Assembly (NCBI GenBank): GCA_965198005.1 | Contig: CBDAOI010000004.1 | Coordinates: forward strand, 2,384,549-2,448,548 | Origin: Spirochaetia bacterium | GTDB taxonomy: Bacteria > Spirochaetota > Spirochaetia > SZUA-6 > Bin103 | DNA length: 64,000 nt | Direction: 5' to 3' | Shown here: piece by piece, positions 8,965 to 19,276 of the stretch | How the letters are laid out: each line of letters starts with the position of its first letter | Position numbering within the stretch: position 1 is the stretch's first letter | The notes under the pieces: model-generated | Databases searched by the model: none | What the model was told of the DNA's origin: nothing | Seen by the model: only the letters and a program-made list of their open reading frames with translations | Made by a program: the position numbers and the translations under genes

Positions 8965-9248
8965 GACTTTTCGAACCGAGAAACAACTAACCGCTCCGGC
9001 TGATCGCCCTGTACGCGACCGCGCGCGCGCCGTCGCCTTCACCACCGCCGTAGCTATCGGTGGCGCCGGCTCGGTCCATCGCCGAACCGGCATGCGGGCC
9101 GCTCGCGCCGTTCCCAGCGGCCGCAACGGTCCCGGATCCCCGCCCGCGACCGACTGCCAGCAAAACCCACCGCCGACGTTGCCGGTCATTCGGACTCGCT
9201 GCTTCGCCGACTACGACCCCGCGTGGCGTTGTGACGTGAGGAAGAAGA

Positions 9249-9415
9249 GGAGGTGAAGATGATACTGAAAGAACCGCACCCGCGCGCGGCGTGAGCCCGG
9301 GTGAATCCGTTGAGTCACACGCCGCGCGCTTTTAGTGAATTTGACTCAGACTGGCCGTCCGCGTTGCGGGCGTGAGAGTAGCCAGGGAGCGGCAAGTCGC
9401 TCCGCAATACTCTCA
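9249..9415 (+). promoter_or_regulatory. Conserved structured leader, copy 2
   Basis: GGAGG + MILKEPHPRAA* (9259-9294), hairpin followed by TTTT, covarying stems; homologous to 1823-1991. Confidence 0.65.
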
Positions 9416-9438
9416 AAATCCAAGCAAGGATACTAACG

Positions 9439-11247
9439 ATGACGAAAATCCTATTTCGAATGACCTTCGCGATTGCGTTGGTCCTGGTCATGGCCGCAAC
9501 CGGCCTGTGGGCCGGCGGCGCAGAAGAGGCACCGGCAGCCGCTGCCGACAAGGAGATGGTGACCGATCCCACCACCGGAAAGGTGGTGGTGGCACCACGG
9601 TACGGCGGGACAATAACCTACGCCCTATCAACAGACCTTCCGGGACCTGACACCGTGCTCACTGGTGGAGCGGCGGCTCACTCCGCCGGTCCCGTTGTAG
9701 AGAAGCTGGGCGCCGCGGACTGGGCAGCTCCCAGGGACAAGTTTTCCTTCAACATCTATGAACTCAATATTCCTGCTAACACGAAAGGGGTGCTGGCGGA
9801 AAGCTGGTCGCAACCCGACCCACTGACGTATATCATCAAAGTCCGCCAGGGCGTCCATTGGCATGATAAGGCACCGATGAACGGCCGGGAGCTGACTGCC
9901 CAGGATGTCGAGTACAACTTTCACCGTATGGTGGGTATAGGTAGCGGTTTCACCGAAAAAAGCCCTATGGCTTATAGCTTCCAAGCTGGGGAATTCGAAT
10001 CGATAACGGCCACCGACCAGTCGACGGTTGTTTTTAAGATGAACAAGCCCCGCCTCAGTGCGCTGGCTTCTATCCTCGACGACTGGTCTGCCTGGATATA
10101 TCCCCCCGAGGTGATCAAGGAACACGGGGATGTTTCGGATTGGAGAAACCTGGTCGGAACCGGACCCATGATGATGACTGACTGGACCAAAGGCAGCTCT
10201 CGCACCTATGAGAGGAATCCTGACTACTGGGGATACGACGAGAAATACCCGGAGAACCGTCTGCCCTATATTGACCGGCTGAGGGGCCTGGTTATGCCCG
10301 AAGTCGCGACACGCACGGCTGCACTGCGCACGGGTCAGGTTGATTATGTAGGTGCGCTCGGCCTAACTTCATTGAGGAATCTCGACCAGGTAGAGAGCCT
10401 CCAGCGCACCAACCCCGAAATCGTGATATCGTCGTATACTTTTCGGAATGATGGTGCTGTTAGCTTGAACGTTCAGATAGAGTCCTTTGACGACATCAGA
10501 GTGCGCAAGGCCATGCAGATGGCAATAAACATCGAAGAAATTAACAATTCCTACTTTGGAGGTTTGGGAGATACGACACCTCAGGGGAAGATAAGCAGGT
10601 CTTATGCAGGGGTTGTCACCCAATTCGAAGATTGGCCCGAAGATGTCAAGAAGGTCTTTGATTACGACCCGGAAGGTGCCGAAGCGTTGCTTGATGAGGC
10701 CGGATATCCTCGCGGCGCCGACGGTATCAGATTCAAGACCAAGTTCTTGCATCTCGAGCGGTACGATTTGAACTATACACAATTGATCACTTCATACTGG
10801 AACGAGATTGGCATCGATGTAGTAGACATTGAAGTATTGCCATTTGCTGGCTTTGCCGCGAAAAGAACTGACAAGGATCACGAAATGATCAGTAGCGAGT
10901 TGGCCAACTATGGGGATCCCATAAGCTACATGAGGTCCTATTCGAATCACCCGAGCAACCCATATGGGGCGGATTCCAATGTCAACGACCCTGTTTATGA
11001 CGCCATGCTTGAGGCTGCCGAAGCCGCTACCACTATTGAGGAGCAGCACAGGTTAGTTCGAGAGTTGAATCAATATGGGATTGAGAAGTTCTGGATGATA
11101 TGGACTCCTAATGGTCCACAATTCAACGCGATCAAACCGTGGATCATGGGTTTCAACAACGAAAACTGGATGGGTAACGGTCAAGTCCTGGTAGTGTTCA
11201 CCCGCCTGTGGATTGACCAGGATCTGAAGACGGAAATGGGCTATTAG
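9439..11247 (+). CDS. ABC transporter substrate-binding protein family 5 (DppA/OppA-like), intact
   Basis: 602 aa; signal region, LAESW, GTGP, DIRVRKAM, YDPEGAEALLDEAGY. Confidence 0.93.
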   Translation: MTKILFRMTFAIALVLVMAATGLWAGGAEEAPAAAADKEMVTDPTTGKVVVAPRYGGTITYALSTDLPGPDTVLTGGAAAHSAGPVVEKLGAADWAAPRDKFSFNIYELNIPANTKGVLAESWSQPDPLTYIIKVRQGVHWHDKAPMNGRELTAQDVEYNFHRMVGIGSGFTEKSPMAYSFQAGEFESITATDQSTVVFKMNKPRLSALASILDDWSAWIYPPEVIKEHGDVSDWRNLVGTGPMMMTDWTKGSSRTYERNPDYWGYDEKYPENRLPYIDRLRGLVMPEVATRTAALRTGQVDYVGALGLTSLRNLDQVESLQRTNPEIVISSYTFRNDGAVSLNVQIESFDDIRVRKAMQMAINIEEINNSYFGGLGDTTPQGKISRSYAGVVTQFEDWPEDVKKVFDYDPEGAEALLDEAGYPRGADGIRFKTKFLHLERYDLNYTQLITSYWNEIGIDVVDIEVLPFAGFAAKRTDKDHEMISSELANYGDPISYMRSYSNHPSNPYGADSNVNDPVYDAMLEAAEAATTIEEQHRLVRELNQYGIEKFWMIWTPNGPQFNAIKPWIMGFNNENWMGNGQVLVVFTRLWIDQDLKTEMGY

Positions 11248-11345
11248 GGAATTCTTCCCTTCTGATCTCAGATTGAGTGGAGCTGGGATGGTTTGCGCTT
11301 CCGAGCGCGCTTCCCGGCTCCCATTTCATTGCGTAAGGTGTCCGC

Positions 11346-12305
11346 ATGAAAGCCTATATCATTAGGCGGTTGTTGCTGATCGTGCCGACACTGTTCATTT
11401 TGAGCATCCTGGTCTTTCTCTCGGTACGCTTCATCCCCGGCGATGTCATCGACGTCATGATCGGCAGGATGGCATTCTATGTGCAATTTGATGTAGACCG
11501 TGAAGCTCTCGAGCGTACGCTGGGGTTGGACGTGCCTGTCTACGTGCAGTATGGACGCTGGATAGGAGATATCTTCAGGCACGGTACGCTTGGCGAATCC
11601 CTGTTTACCAGAGAATTGGTGGAACAGGCGATATTAGAGAGACTGCCGGTCACCCTTGAGCTCGGTTTCATGGCAATCTTCATCGGGCTGGTGATCGCGT
11701 TGCCGGTGGGCATCTACTCGGCGATGCGCCAGGATACGGTCGCCGACTTCCTGGGGCGCTCTGTTGCCATCATCGGCCTGGCCACGCCCAACTTCTGGCT
11801 GGGCATCATGGTCATGATCTACCCGGCCATCTGGTGGGGCTGGGCGCCGCCGCTGGAGCTGGTTGCTTTTCCGGAAGACCCGCTGGGCAATCTGGCGGTG
11901 TTCATCATTCCCAGCCTGATTCTGGGCACCGCCTCGGCTGCCGCCACCATGCGGATGACGCGCACCATGATGCTGGAGGTGCTGAGGCAGGACTATATCC
12001 GCACCGCCTGGGCCAAGGGTCTCAAGGAGCGGGCCGTGGTAATCCGACACGCCGTCAAGAACGCACTCATCCCGGTGGTGACCCTGATCGGCCTGCAGTT
12101 GCCGATTCTGGTGGGGGGCGCCGTGATCATGGAGAACATCTTCAACCTGCCGGGCCTCGGCCGTCTCTTGCTGACTGCCCTCAATGAGAGAGACTACCCG
12201 ATGGTCTCCGGCATCAACCTGTTCTTCGCCACTGGGGTAGTGGGGATCAATCTGCTCATCGACCTGGTCTACGCTGTCCTGGACCCCAGGGTCCGCTATG
12301 ACTGA
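11346..12305 (+). CDS. DppB/OppB-like ABC permease
   Basis: 319 aa; YIIRRLL, GLDVPVYVQY, DYIRTAWAKGL, LDPRVRY. Confidence 0.93.
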   Translation: MKAYIIRRLLLIVPTLFILSILVFLSVRFIPGDVIDVMIGRMAFYVQFDVDREALERTLGLDVPVYVQYGRWIGDIFRHGTLGESLFTRELVEQAILERLPVTLELGFMAIFIGLVIALPVGIYSAMRQDTVADFLGRSVAIIGLATPNFWLGIMVMIYPAIWWGWAPPLELVAFPEDPLGNLAVFIIPSLILGTASAAATMRMTRTMMLEVLRQDYIRTAWAKGLKERAVVIRHAVKNALIPVVTLIGLQLPILVGGAVIMENIFNLPGLGRLLLTALNERDYPMVSGINLFFATGVVGINLLIDLVYAVLDPRVRYD

Positions 12306-12355
12306 TTTCTTTCGCAGGCTGGTGAAAGAGAAGCCACTGAGCATCATCGCCGGGG
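12298..12355 (+). pseudogene. DppC-like permease, first ~19 codons only
   Basis: MTDFFRRLVKEKPLSIIAG overlapping the dppB stop, then an abrupt junction. Confidence 0.6.
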
Positions 12356-12633
12356 TCGGCGGCAGCGACATGGAGAATGTCCAGCGACCGGCAGCCAGTG
12401 GTCGGCGTGCGCAAGGTCAGCTCGATCGCACGCTCGTGCAGTGCAACCGGGTCGAGAAAGGGCACGTGATACTGGCCGGCGCGCTTGCGTGTGCGATAGG
12501 TGGACAGGAGACCGTCCACCTCCTGCTCGGTCAGCTCATCGATGAACACCTTGAACCGCAACGCGTTGTACAGTTCCAACTCGAGCACACTCCAGACCGG
12601 CAGCGGCTCCCGCTGGGAGACCACCGCTTCTAC
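12355..12633 (-). pseudogene. PIN-domain toxin fragment
   Basis: LELELYNALR...CRSLDILHVAAA; both ends missing. Confidence 0.7.
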
Positions 12634-12785
12634 CCGTCGGTGGCCAAGGCCGCGGGGGTGAGCCGGCCAGCGAATTGGTCCATCAGGTTGTCGGTTGTCG
12701 ATTCGCGGTGGCATCTTCAGGTCGGGTGCGGTCACCGCAATAATGCGCGGCGCGTGGCGGCGTGCTACCCTTGGAGCAGACGCCG

Positions 12786-14372
12786 ATGGCAGTGCGCTTC
12801 TCCCTCGAACAGTACGGCATCCACGTCGCCCGGATCGTCCGCAACCCGGCGCCGGCGCTGCTCTACGAGTCCGCGTTGCAGAACGAGCACGGCACCGCGA
12901 TCGCGGCCAGCGGCGCGCTGGTGGCGATGAGCGGCGCGCGCACCGGCCGCAGCCCCGCGGACAAGCGGATCGTGGCCGAACCCGCCACCGAGCGCGACAT
13001 CTGGTGGGGCGACGTCAACATCAAGCTGGACGAGCATACGTTCGAGATCAATCGCGAACGCGCCATCGACTATCTGAACACGCGCGAACTGGTGTACGTG
13101 ATCGACGGCTTCGCCGGCTGGGACCCGGCCCACCGGATCAAGGTGCGGGTGGTGTGCGCGCGCGCCTATCACGCGCTGTTCATGCACAACATGCTGATCC
13201 GGCCGCGGCCGCACCAGTTGGCGCGGTTCGGCGAGCCCGATCTGCTGATCATCAACGCCGGCGCGTTTCCCGCCAACCGCTACACCACCGGCATGACCTC
13301 CACCACCTCGATCGACGTCAACCTGGCGCGAGGCGAGCTGGTCATTCTCGGCACCGAATACGCCGGCGAGATGAAGAAGGGGCTGTTCACGATCATGAAC
13401 TACCTGATGCCCAAGGCGGGCATCCTCTCCATGCACTGCTCGGCCACCTGCGACAGCCGCGGCGGGTCGGCGATCCTGTTCGGGCTGTCGGGCACCGGCA
13501 AGACCACTCTCAGCCACGACCCCAAGCGCCGCCTGGTCGGCGACGACGAGCACTGCTGGAGCGACCGCGGCATCTTCAATCTCGAGGGCGGCTGCTACGC
13601 CAAGGTGATCCAGCTCGACGAGGAAGCCGAACCGGTCATCTACCGCGCGCTGCGGTTCGGGGCGGTCCTGGAGAACGTGGCCTACGACCCGCGCACGCGG
13701 GAGGTGGCGTTCGGCGACGGCAGCCTGACCGAGAACACGCGCGGCGCCTATCCGATCGAGTACATCCCGCAGGCCAGCGTGCCGTGCGTGGCGGGCCACC
13801 CGCGCCACGTGGTGTTTCTGGCCTGTGACGCGTTCGGGGTGCTGCCGCCGGTGGCGCGCCTGACCCCGGCGCAGGCGGAGTACCACTTCCTCAGCGGCTA
13901 CAGCGCCAAGGTGGCGGGTACCGAGGTGGGGGTCACCGAGCCGCAGGCCACCTTCTCCCCCTGCTTCGGCGGCCCGTTCCTGGTCTGGCATCCCACCGTG
14001 TACAGCCGCCTGCTGAGCGACCGGCTGCGCCGCCACGGCAGCCAGGCGTGGCTGGTCAACACCGGCTGGGCCGGCGGCCCCGCAGGCCGCACCGACCGGA
14101 TTCCGCTGGCCTGGACGCGGGCCATCCTGGACGCGATCTACGCCGGGTCCCTGACCGGCGTGGCGGCCGAACGCGACCCGGTCTTCGGGCTGGACGTGCC
14201 CCGCGCCTGTCCCGGCGTGCCGGCGCGCGTACTGCTGCCGCGCGCGGCGTGGAGCAACCCGGCGGCGTACGACACCGCCGCGGCGCGGTTGGCGCGGCTG
14301 TTCCGGGACAATTTCACGCGCTACGCGGCGGCCGGCACGGGGCACGCGGCGACCGCGGCGGCGCGCGCCTGA
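12786..14372 (+). CDS. pckA: Phosphoenolpyruvate carboxykinase (ATP)
   Basis: TGRSP, YAGEMKK, FGLSGTGKTTLS, GDDEHCW, NLEGGCYAK, TENTRGAYP; GGAG RBS before ATG 12786. Confidence 0.97.
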   Translation: MAVRFSLEQYGIHVARIVRNPAPALLYESALQNEHGTAIAASGALVAMSGARTGRSPADKRIVAEPATERDIWWGDVNIKLDEHTFEINRERAIDYLNTRELVYVIDGFAGWDPAHRIKVRVVCARAYHALFMHNMLIRPRPHQLARFGEPDLLIINAGAFPANRYTTGMTSTTSIDVNLARGELVILGTEYAGEMKKGLFTIMNYLMPKAGILSMHCSATCDSRGGSAILFGLSGTGKTTLSHDPKRRLVGDDEHCWSDRGIFNLEGGCYAKVIQLDEEAEPVIYRALRFGAVLENVAYDPRTREVAFGDGSLTENTRGAYPIEYIPQASVPCVAGHPRHVVFLACDAFGVLPPVARLTPAQAEYHFLSGYSAKVAGTEVGVTEPQATFSPCFGGPFLVWHPTVYSRLLSDRLRRHGSQAWLVNTGWAGGPAGRTDRIPLAWTRAILDAIYAGSLTGVAAERDPVFGLDVPRACPGVPARVLLPRAAWSNPAAYDTAAARLARLFRDNFTRYAAAGTGHAATAAARA

Positions 14373-14416
14373 CCGCGAGCTGCCGCGGCCTGACCTGACC
14401 GGGCCTGACCGCGGCC

Positions 14417-15196
14417 TTACCCGCGGCCGACGTAGGGCATCTGGTTGGCCATCACGGTCACGAACAGGACGTTGGTGTCCAGCGGCAGATTGGCCATGTA
14501 CAGCACCGTGTCCGCGACGTTCCGCACGTCCATGGTGGGTTCCACCATGCGCGTGCCGTTGGGCTGCGCCGGCCCTTCGGCGGCGCGCGCCGTCATCGGC
14601 GTCAGCGCGTTGCCGACGTCGATCTGGCCGCAGCAGATGTCGTAGGCGCGCCCGTCCAGCGAGGCGGCCCGGGTCAGCCCGGTAACCGCGTGCTTGGTCG
14701 CCGTGTAGGGCGCCGACGACGGGCGCGGCACGTGCGCGGAAATCGATCCGTTGTTGATGATGCGGCCGCCGCGCGGTTGCTGCGCCTTCATGATCGCGAA
14801 CGCCTGCTGCGTGCACAGGAACGGGCCGGTGAGGTTGGTGTCGACCACCCGCTGCCAATTCTCCAGGCTGAGCTCCTCCAGCGGGACGCCGGGGGCGCCG
14901 ATGCCGGCATTGTTGAACAGCACGTCCACCCGGCCGAAGGCGTCGGTCGCGGCCGTGAACAGGGCGCGCACCGACTCGGCGTCGCAGACGTCGGTGGGCA
15001 CCGCCAGCGCGCGCCGGGCCGTGTCCGCGGACCCGCCGGCCTCGTGCGCGGCCATGATCGCAACCGTCTCCTGCAGGGCGTCGGCCCGCCGTCCGGCGAG
15101 CACCACGCAGTATCCGTTGGCGTGCAGGGTAACCGCCGCCGCCCGGCCGATGCCGCTGCCGGCGCCGGTCACTACCGCCACTTTGTCGTGTTCCAT
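14417..15196 (-). CDS. Short-chain dehydrogenase/reductase
   Basis: [17 protein letters not shown]. Confidence 0.95.
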   Translation of the reverse strand: MEHDKVAVVTGAGSGIGRAAAVTLHANGYCVVLAGRRADALQETVAIMAAHEAGGSADTARRALAVPTDVCDAESVRALFTAATDAFGRVDVLFNNAGIGAPGVPLEELSLENWQRVVDTNLTGPFLCTQQAFAIMKAQQPRGGRIINNGSISAHVPRPSSAPYTATKHAVTGLTRAASLDGRAYDICCGQIDVGNALTPMTARAAEGPAQPNGTRMVEPTMDVRNVADTVLYMANLPLDTNVLFVTVMANQMPYVGRG

Positions 15197-15230
15197 CGTT
15201 GTACAGGCTCCCTGATCTCAGTATCTGGTG

Positions 15231-15922
15231 TCAGTTGTCGAGCGGGTCCGCCGGTTCCTCTACCCGAATGAAGCGGGCCAGCTCCTGCGAGATCAGCACG
15301 GGGCCGTGTCCCCCCTCACGTTCGAGCTCGATTTCCGTGTCGCTCACCCGCAGCAGCTTGATCGCCGCGCCCGGCATCAGGCGATGACCGAGCAGCAGGT
15401 TCATCAGATCGGTGTTCTCTTCGGCCTCTTCGGTTACCCGCAGGATCGTGGTGGCCTCCCCCGCCTGCACCTCGGTCAACCGCCGCGCCTCCAGCAACCG
15501 GCGCTCGTCGCGCGAGCCGGGAAACGGATTGCCGTGCGGGCAGGTGGTGGGCCGCCCGAGGCGCTCGAACAGGTGTTCCTCGAGCCGGGGTGACAGCGAG
15601 TGCTCCAGCCGGTCGGCCTCCTCGTCGACGTCCGCCCAGTCGAACCCCAACTCGTCGACCAGCAACCGCTCCAGCAGATAGTGGCGGCGGATGGTGCGTT
15701 CGGCCTGAGTCCGCCCCTGGCGCGTCAAGCGCACGCCGTCTCGAGCACCGCCAGACCGTGTTGCTCCAGCCGCTTGATCGCCTGCGTCACGGCCGGCGGC
15801 GACACTCCCATGCGCTCGGCGATGCGCGCCCCCACCACTGGCCGTCCCTCACGCAGCAGCATGTAGAGCTGGATGAGGTATTCATTCTCCGTGGCGGAGG
15901 ACTTTGCGGCGCTGGCAGTCAC
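15231..15922 (-). pseudogene. DtxR/MntR-family metal-dependent repressor with FeoA domain; frameshift near 15735
   Basis: ENEYL...IAERMGVSPPAVTQAIKRL in one frame; RRHYLLERLL, LEHSLS, CPHGNPFP in another. Confidence 0.88.
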
Positions 15923-16029
15923 GAACCTAACCGATTTCCGCAGAGTACCCGCCGGGGGGCGCCCGGTCAAGCGAGGGCGCATTTCGTCCCGTCGCTGCAT
16001 GAGCCGGCGGCGTGGCAGCAGAACCGCCT

Positions 16030-16310
16030 TCCATGGGACCCGCCGGCGACCACCCCCATGCGCTCGGCGATGCGCTGGCCCGCCACCACCGGCCGCGTTT
16101 CGGCCTCACGTGCAGCAGCATGTAGAGCTGCCCGATCCAGGTACTGGCGTCCGCGGATGGGCTGATGATCGCCTCGCCCGAGTACAATTTCGCAGCACTG
16201 GCAGTCATCTGGGTGCGCCCTAAAGGGCTGCAGGTGCTCCGCTTGGTCGGCCACATCCGGTCGACCGGCAATTCACCCAGGGTACCCGCCGGGCGGCGTC
16301 CGGTCAAGCC
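16030..16310 (-). repeat. Degenerate tandem copy of the DtxR 5' end and upstream region
   Basis: Shares CCCATGCGCTCGGCGATGCGC, GCAGCAGCATGTAGAGCTG, CTGGCAGTCA, GTACCCGCCGGG and CCGGTCAAGC with 15800-15972, with many insertions. Confidence 0.7.
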
Positions 16311-16345
16311 GGCCGGGGTCCGCGGCAGGCTGTGCCGTTGCGGCG

Positions 16346-18475
16346 TCAGAACCGGTAGCTGGCGCAGGCGACCTCGATGCCCGGCCCCACGGCCAGGACC
16401 AGGGCGAGGCTGCCCGGCTTGGCGCCGGCGGCGTGCGCCTCCCAGCCGGCGGCCAGCGACGAGGTGAACAGGTTGCCGCCGGCATCCGCCGCCAGCCGCT
16501 CCGGCTCGACCCGCAACCTGGCGGCCAGCTCCGCCCGGAACTGCGGCGACACCTGCGGAGGGAGAATCAGGGCGTAGTCGTCCAGACTGCGCCCTTCGTG
16601 CTCCGGCAGGCCGGCCACCGTGGCGGCGATCGCCTCGAGGTAGCGCTCCTGAATGGCCGCGTCCCGGAAGACCGAAAGCCGGGGAGGTCCCGCGCTGTCG
16701 GTGCGGGCGTAGGAGTGGTACAACTCCAGATGCTCGGGGTGGCTGTCGAAGTAGAAGCTGCAGAACCCCTCTTCGCCGCGCCCGGGTTCCAGCAGCAGGG
16801 CGGAGCCCATGTTGGCGATCCCCAGCGGCTGCTGGCCGGTCACCGGCGTTTCGTCGTACTCGGAGGCCGCCACCACCGCCACCTCGCCGCGGCCGTCGAG
16901 CAGGCGGGCGGTGATCTGACACGCCATCAGCACGCCGGGGGGGCCGTTCATCAGGTCGAACGCCAGCATCCGCCGCGTTCCGGGGCGCCGGTTGGAGCCT
17001 TTGATGCCCATCTCGTGCGCGACCAGGGCGCCGAGCGCCGGCTCGGAAACGAACGACTCGCGGTAGATCCCGGTGTATACCAGCAGCCCCAGATGGCGCT
17101 CGGCGGCCGCGCCCGCGCTCAGGGCGCGCTCCGCCGCGCGCGCCGCGAGCTGCACGTTGCCGCGGTCGCATCCGGCGCCGGCGGTGCAAGTGGCGGCGGC
17201 CGCGATCCGGACGCGGTCACCGGGGGCGATGGCGCAGTAGCGGCCGTGGCCGGTGGCGGCCGCCCGGCGGACGGCGGGCGTGCCGCGTGCGGACCCGTTG
17301 GGGGCCGGATGGTCCGCCGTGCCCGCGGAACTGCCCGCCGCGGCCCCGTTGAGCTCACCGTGGCCGTTTACCACCACCGGCCCCTTGGCCGCCAGATGCC
17401 GCATCGCGTCCACCCGGTACTGGGCCAGCCCGATCGTGACCCCGGAGGCGGTGATGCTGAACAACACCTTCCGGCCGGGCGGCACGCCGGCGCCGCTGAT
17501 CAGGTCGCTCAACGCCACCCAGTGGGAGGTGGTGGCGGTGTTGCCGCGCCGGCTCAGGTTGTCGACGATGTTGCCGGAATGGAACACCGGCTTGCCGAAC
17601 CAGCGGTTGGTCGCGCGCACTGCGGCGCGAATGGCGACCGAGGAGGTCTGGTGCGGGATGAACAGGTCGGGGTCGAGATCGACGTGGCCGCCGGCCACCA
17701 GCTCGCCATAGTGCGGCACGGCGTCGTTCAACGCCGCCCGCGCCAACCCTTCCGAATCGGTGAACATGATCGCGCCGTGCGACTCCGCCGAGTGGGCGAC
17801 GCACAGCTGCGCGTACTCCGGGGCGGTGTACAGCTCGATGTAGTCGAACCCGGTGGCGCCGTTTCCCTGCTCCAGCAGCAGGCAGACGCCGGCGTCTCCC
17901 AGCGTCAGACAGGCCAAGCGCGGGTCGCGGGTGCTCTGCAGCTCGCGTTGGGCGGTCTTGGTGAGATGGGTGATGTACTCCCCGCTCACCACCAGGGCGC
18001 GGCGCACGTCGCCGCGGCGGATCAGCTCGTCGACCACCAGGATCGCGGTGAAGATCCCGGCGCAGGCGTTGCTCAGGTCGAACGCCATCGCGTGGCGCAT
18101 CCCGAACCGCTTGCGCAGCACGGCCGCGGTCGTCGGCTCGATGTTGTAGGTCAGCCGGGAGTCCTGCTTCGAGATGTTGGCGGCGATGATCAGATCGATG
18201 TCGCCGGGCTCGTAGCGCGAGGCGCCGAGACAGCGGGCCACCGCCGCGCGCGCCAGATCGACCGAGAACTCCGTCTCGCCGGCCACGTGGCGGCTGCGAA
18301 TACCGGTTATGCGCTCCAGCCGCACGCGCAGGCGCTGGCGGCACGCGCGCACGATGGCCCCGGTCGTGACCTCCCGCTCGGGAAGGTACACGCCCAGACT
18401 CTCCACCGTGGTCTTGCCGGTCCGGGCCCCCCGGCCGGCGGCGGACCTGGACTCAAGTGTCGCCCGTGACGTCAT
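16346..18475 (-). CDS. Tandem 3-oxoacyl-ACP synthase III / OleA-like protein (active plus degenerate domain)
   Basis: Domain 1: EPTTA, DLSNACAG, PHQTS, GNT. Domain 2: EPALG, DLMNGPPG, PPQVS, GNLFTSS. Confidence 0.85.
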   Translation of the reverse strand: MTSRATLESRSAAGRGARTGKTTVESLGVYLPEREVTTGAIVRACRQRLRVRLERITGIRSRHVAGETEFSVDLARAAVARCLGASRYEPGDIDLIIAANISKQDSRLTYNIEPTTAAVLRKRFGMRHAMAFDLSNACAGIFTAILVVDELIRRGDVRRALVVSGEYITHLTKTAQRELQSTRDPRLACLTLGDAGVCLLLEQGNGATGFDYIELYTAPEYAQLCVAHSAESHGAIMFTDSEGLARAALNDAVPHYGELVAGGHVDLDPDLFIPHQTSSVAIRAAVRATNRWFGKPVFHSGNIVDNLSRRGNTATTSHWVALSDLISGAGVPPGRKVLFSITASGVTIGLAQYRVDAMRHLAAKGPVVVNGHGELNGAAAGSSAGTADHPAPNGSARGTPAVRRAAATGHGRYCAIAPGDRVRIAAAATCTAGAGCDRGNVQLAARAAERALSAGAAAERHLGLLVYTGIYRESFVSEPALGALVAHEMGIKGSNRRPGTRRMLAFDLMNGPPGVLMACQITARLLDGRGEVAVVAASEYDETPVTGQQPLGIANMGSALLLEPGRGEEGFCSFYFDSHPEHLELYHSYARTDSAGPPRLSVFRDAAIQERYLEAIAATVAGLPEHEGRSLDDYALILPPQVSPQFRAELAARLRVEPERLAADAGGNLFTSSLAAGWEAHAAGAKPGSLALVLAVGPGIEVACASYRF

Positions 18476-18580
18476 CTCCGGTTACTTACCATACCATCAG
18501 CCGCGGCCGTGCACCAGTTGTCCGGTCTCATGTGTCGGCGGGCGTTTTCCGATTGCGGCAGGCCGTGCCATAATGCGCGC

Positions 18581-19276
18581 ATGGCCTGTTGCTGCGGCGC
18601 CGGCTCGGGGCAGAACGCGGGTGGCCGCCGGCGGCGCGGCGCCTGTCCCGGCACCGACCGGTTCTTTACGCGCGAGGCGCCGAAGCTGGCCCGGCGGTTC
18701 TGCCGGCGCGGTCCCGAGCCGGTCCAGCGCAAGCTGCTTGCAGCCTTGGCGGCCGCCGGCGTCGGCGGCGCGTCGGTGCTGGAGCTCGGCTGCGGCACCG
18801 GCTACCTGCATCGCCGCCTGCTCGCGGCCGGCGCCGCCACCGCGGTCGGGGTGGACGTGGCGCACGGCATGATCGCCGCGGCCGCGGCCGCGGCGCGCAG
18901 GGCCGGGCTGGGCGAGCGGGTGACCCTGCTGACCGGCGACGCCGTAGAGCGGGCCTCCGACCTGCCGCCGGCCGAGCTGGTCCTGCTGGACAAGGTGCTG
19001 TGCTGCTACCCCGACCTGGGCCCGCTGCTGGCGACCGCCCTGCCCCGCTGCCGGCGCCTGCTGGCCGTGGTGATCCCGCGCCCCAACCTGGTGGTGGCCG
19101 CCCTCTGGCGCGTTGCGATCAGCCTGTTCACACTGTTCGGCGCGAACTTCCATCCCTTCTATCACGACTGGCGCCAAGCACGGGCGACCATCACCGCGGC
19201 CGGTTTCCGGCGCGTGTTCGCGGACCGCACGCTGGCCTGGGAGACGTGGGTATTCCAGCGCCGTCCGGCAGGCTGA
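18581..19276 (+). CDS. Class I SAM-dependent methyltransferase
   Basis: VLELGCGTG, VGVDVA, LLDKVLCCYPD; Cys-rich N-terminus. Confidence 0.85.
   Translation: MACCCGAGSGQNAGGRRRRGACPGTDRFFTREAPKLARRFCRRGPEPVQRKLLAALAAAGVGGASVLELGCGTGYLHRRLLAAGAATAVGVDVAHGMIAAAAAAARRAGLGERVTLLTGDAVERASDLPPAELVLLDKVLCCYPDLGPLLATALPRCRRLLAVVIPRPNLVVAALWRVAISLFTLFGANFHPFYHDWRQARATITAAGFRRVFADRTLAWETWVFQRRPAG

Noticed and set aside
12765-14858. Long antisense or alternative-frame ORFs (e.g. 12765..14858-, 16433..18469+, 20631..22790-, 43274..45349+, 45830..47944+)
   Set aside because: Shadows of real genes in high-GC DNA; no recognisable motifs.
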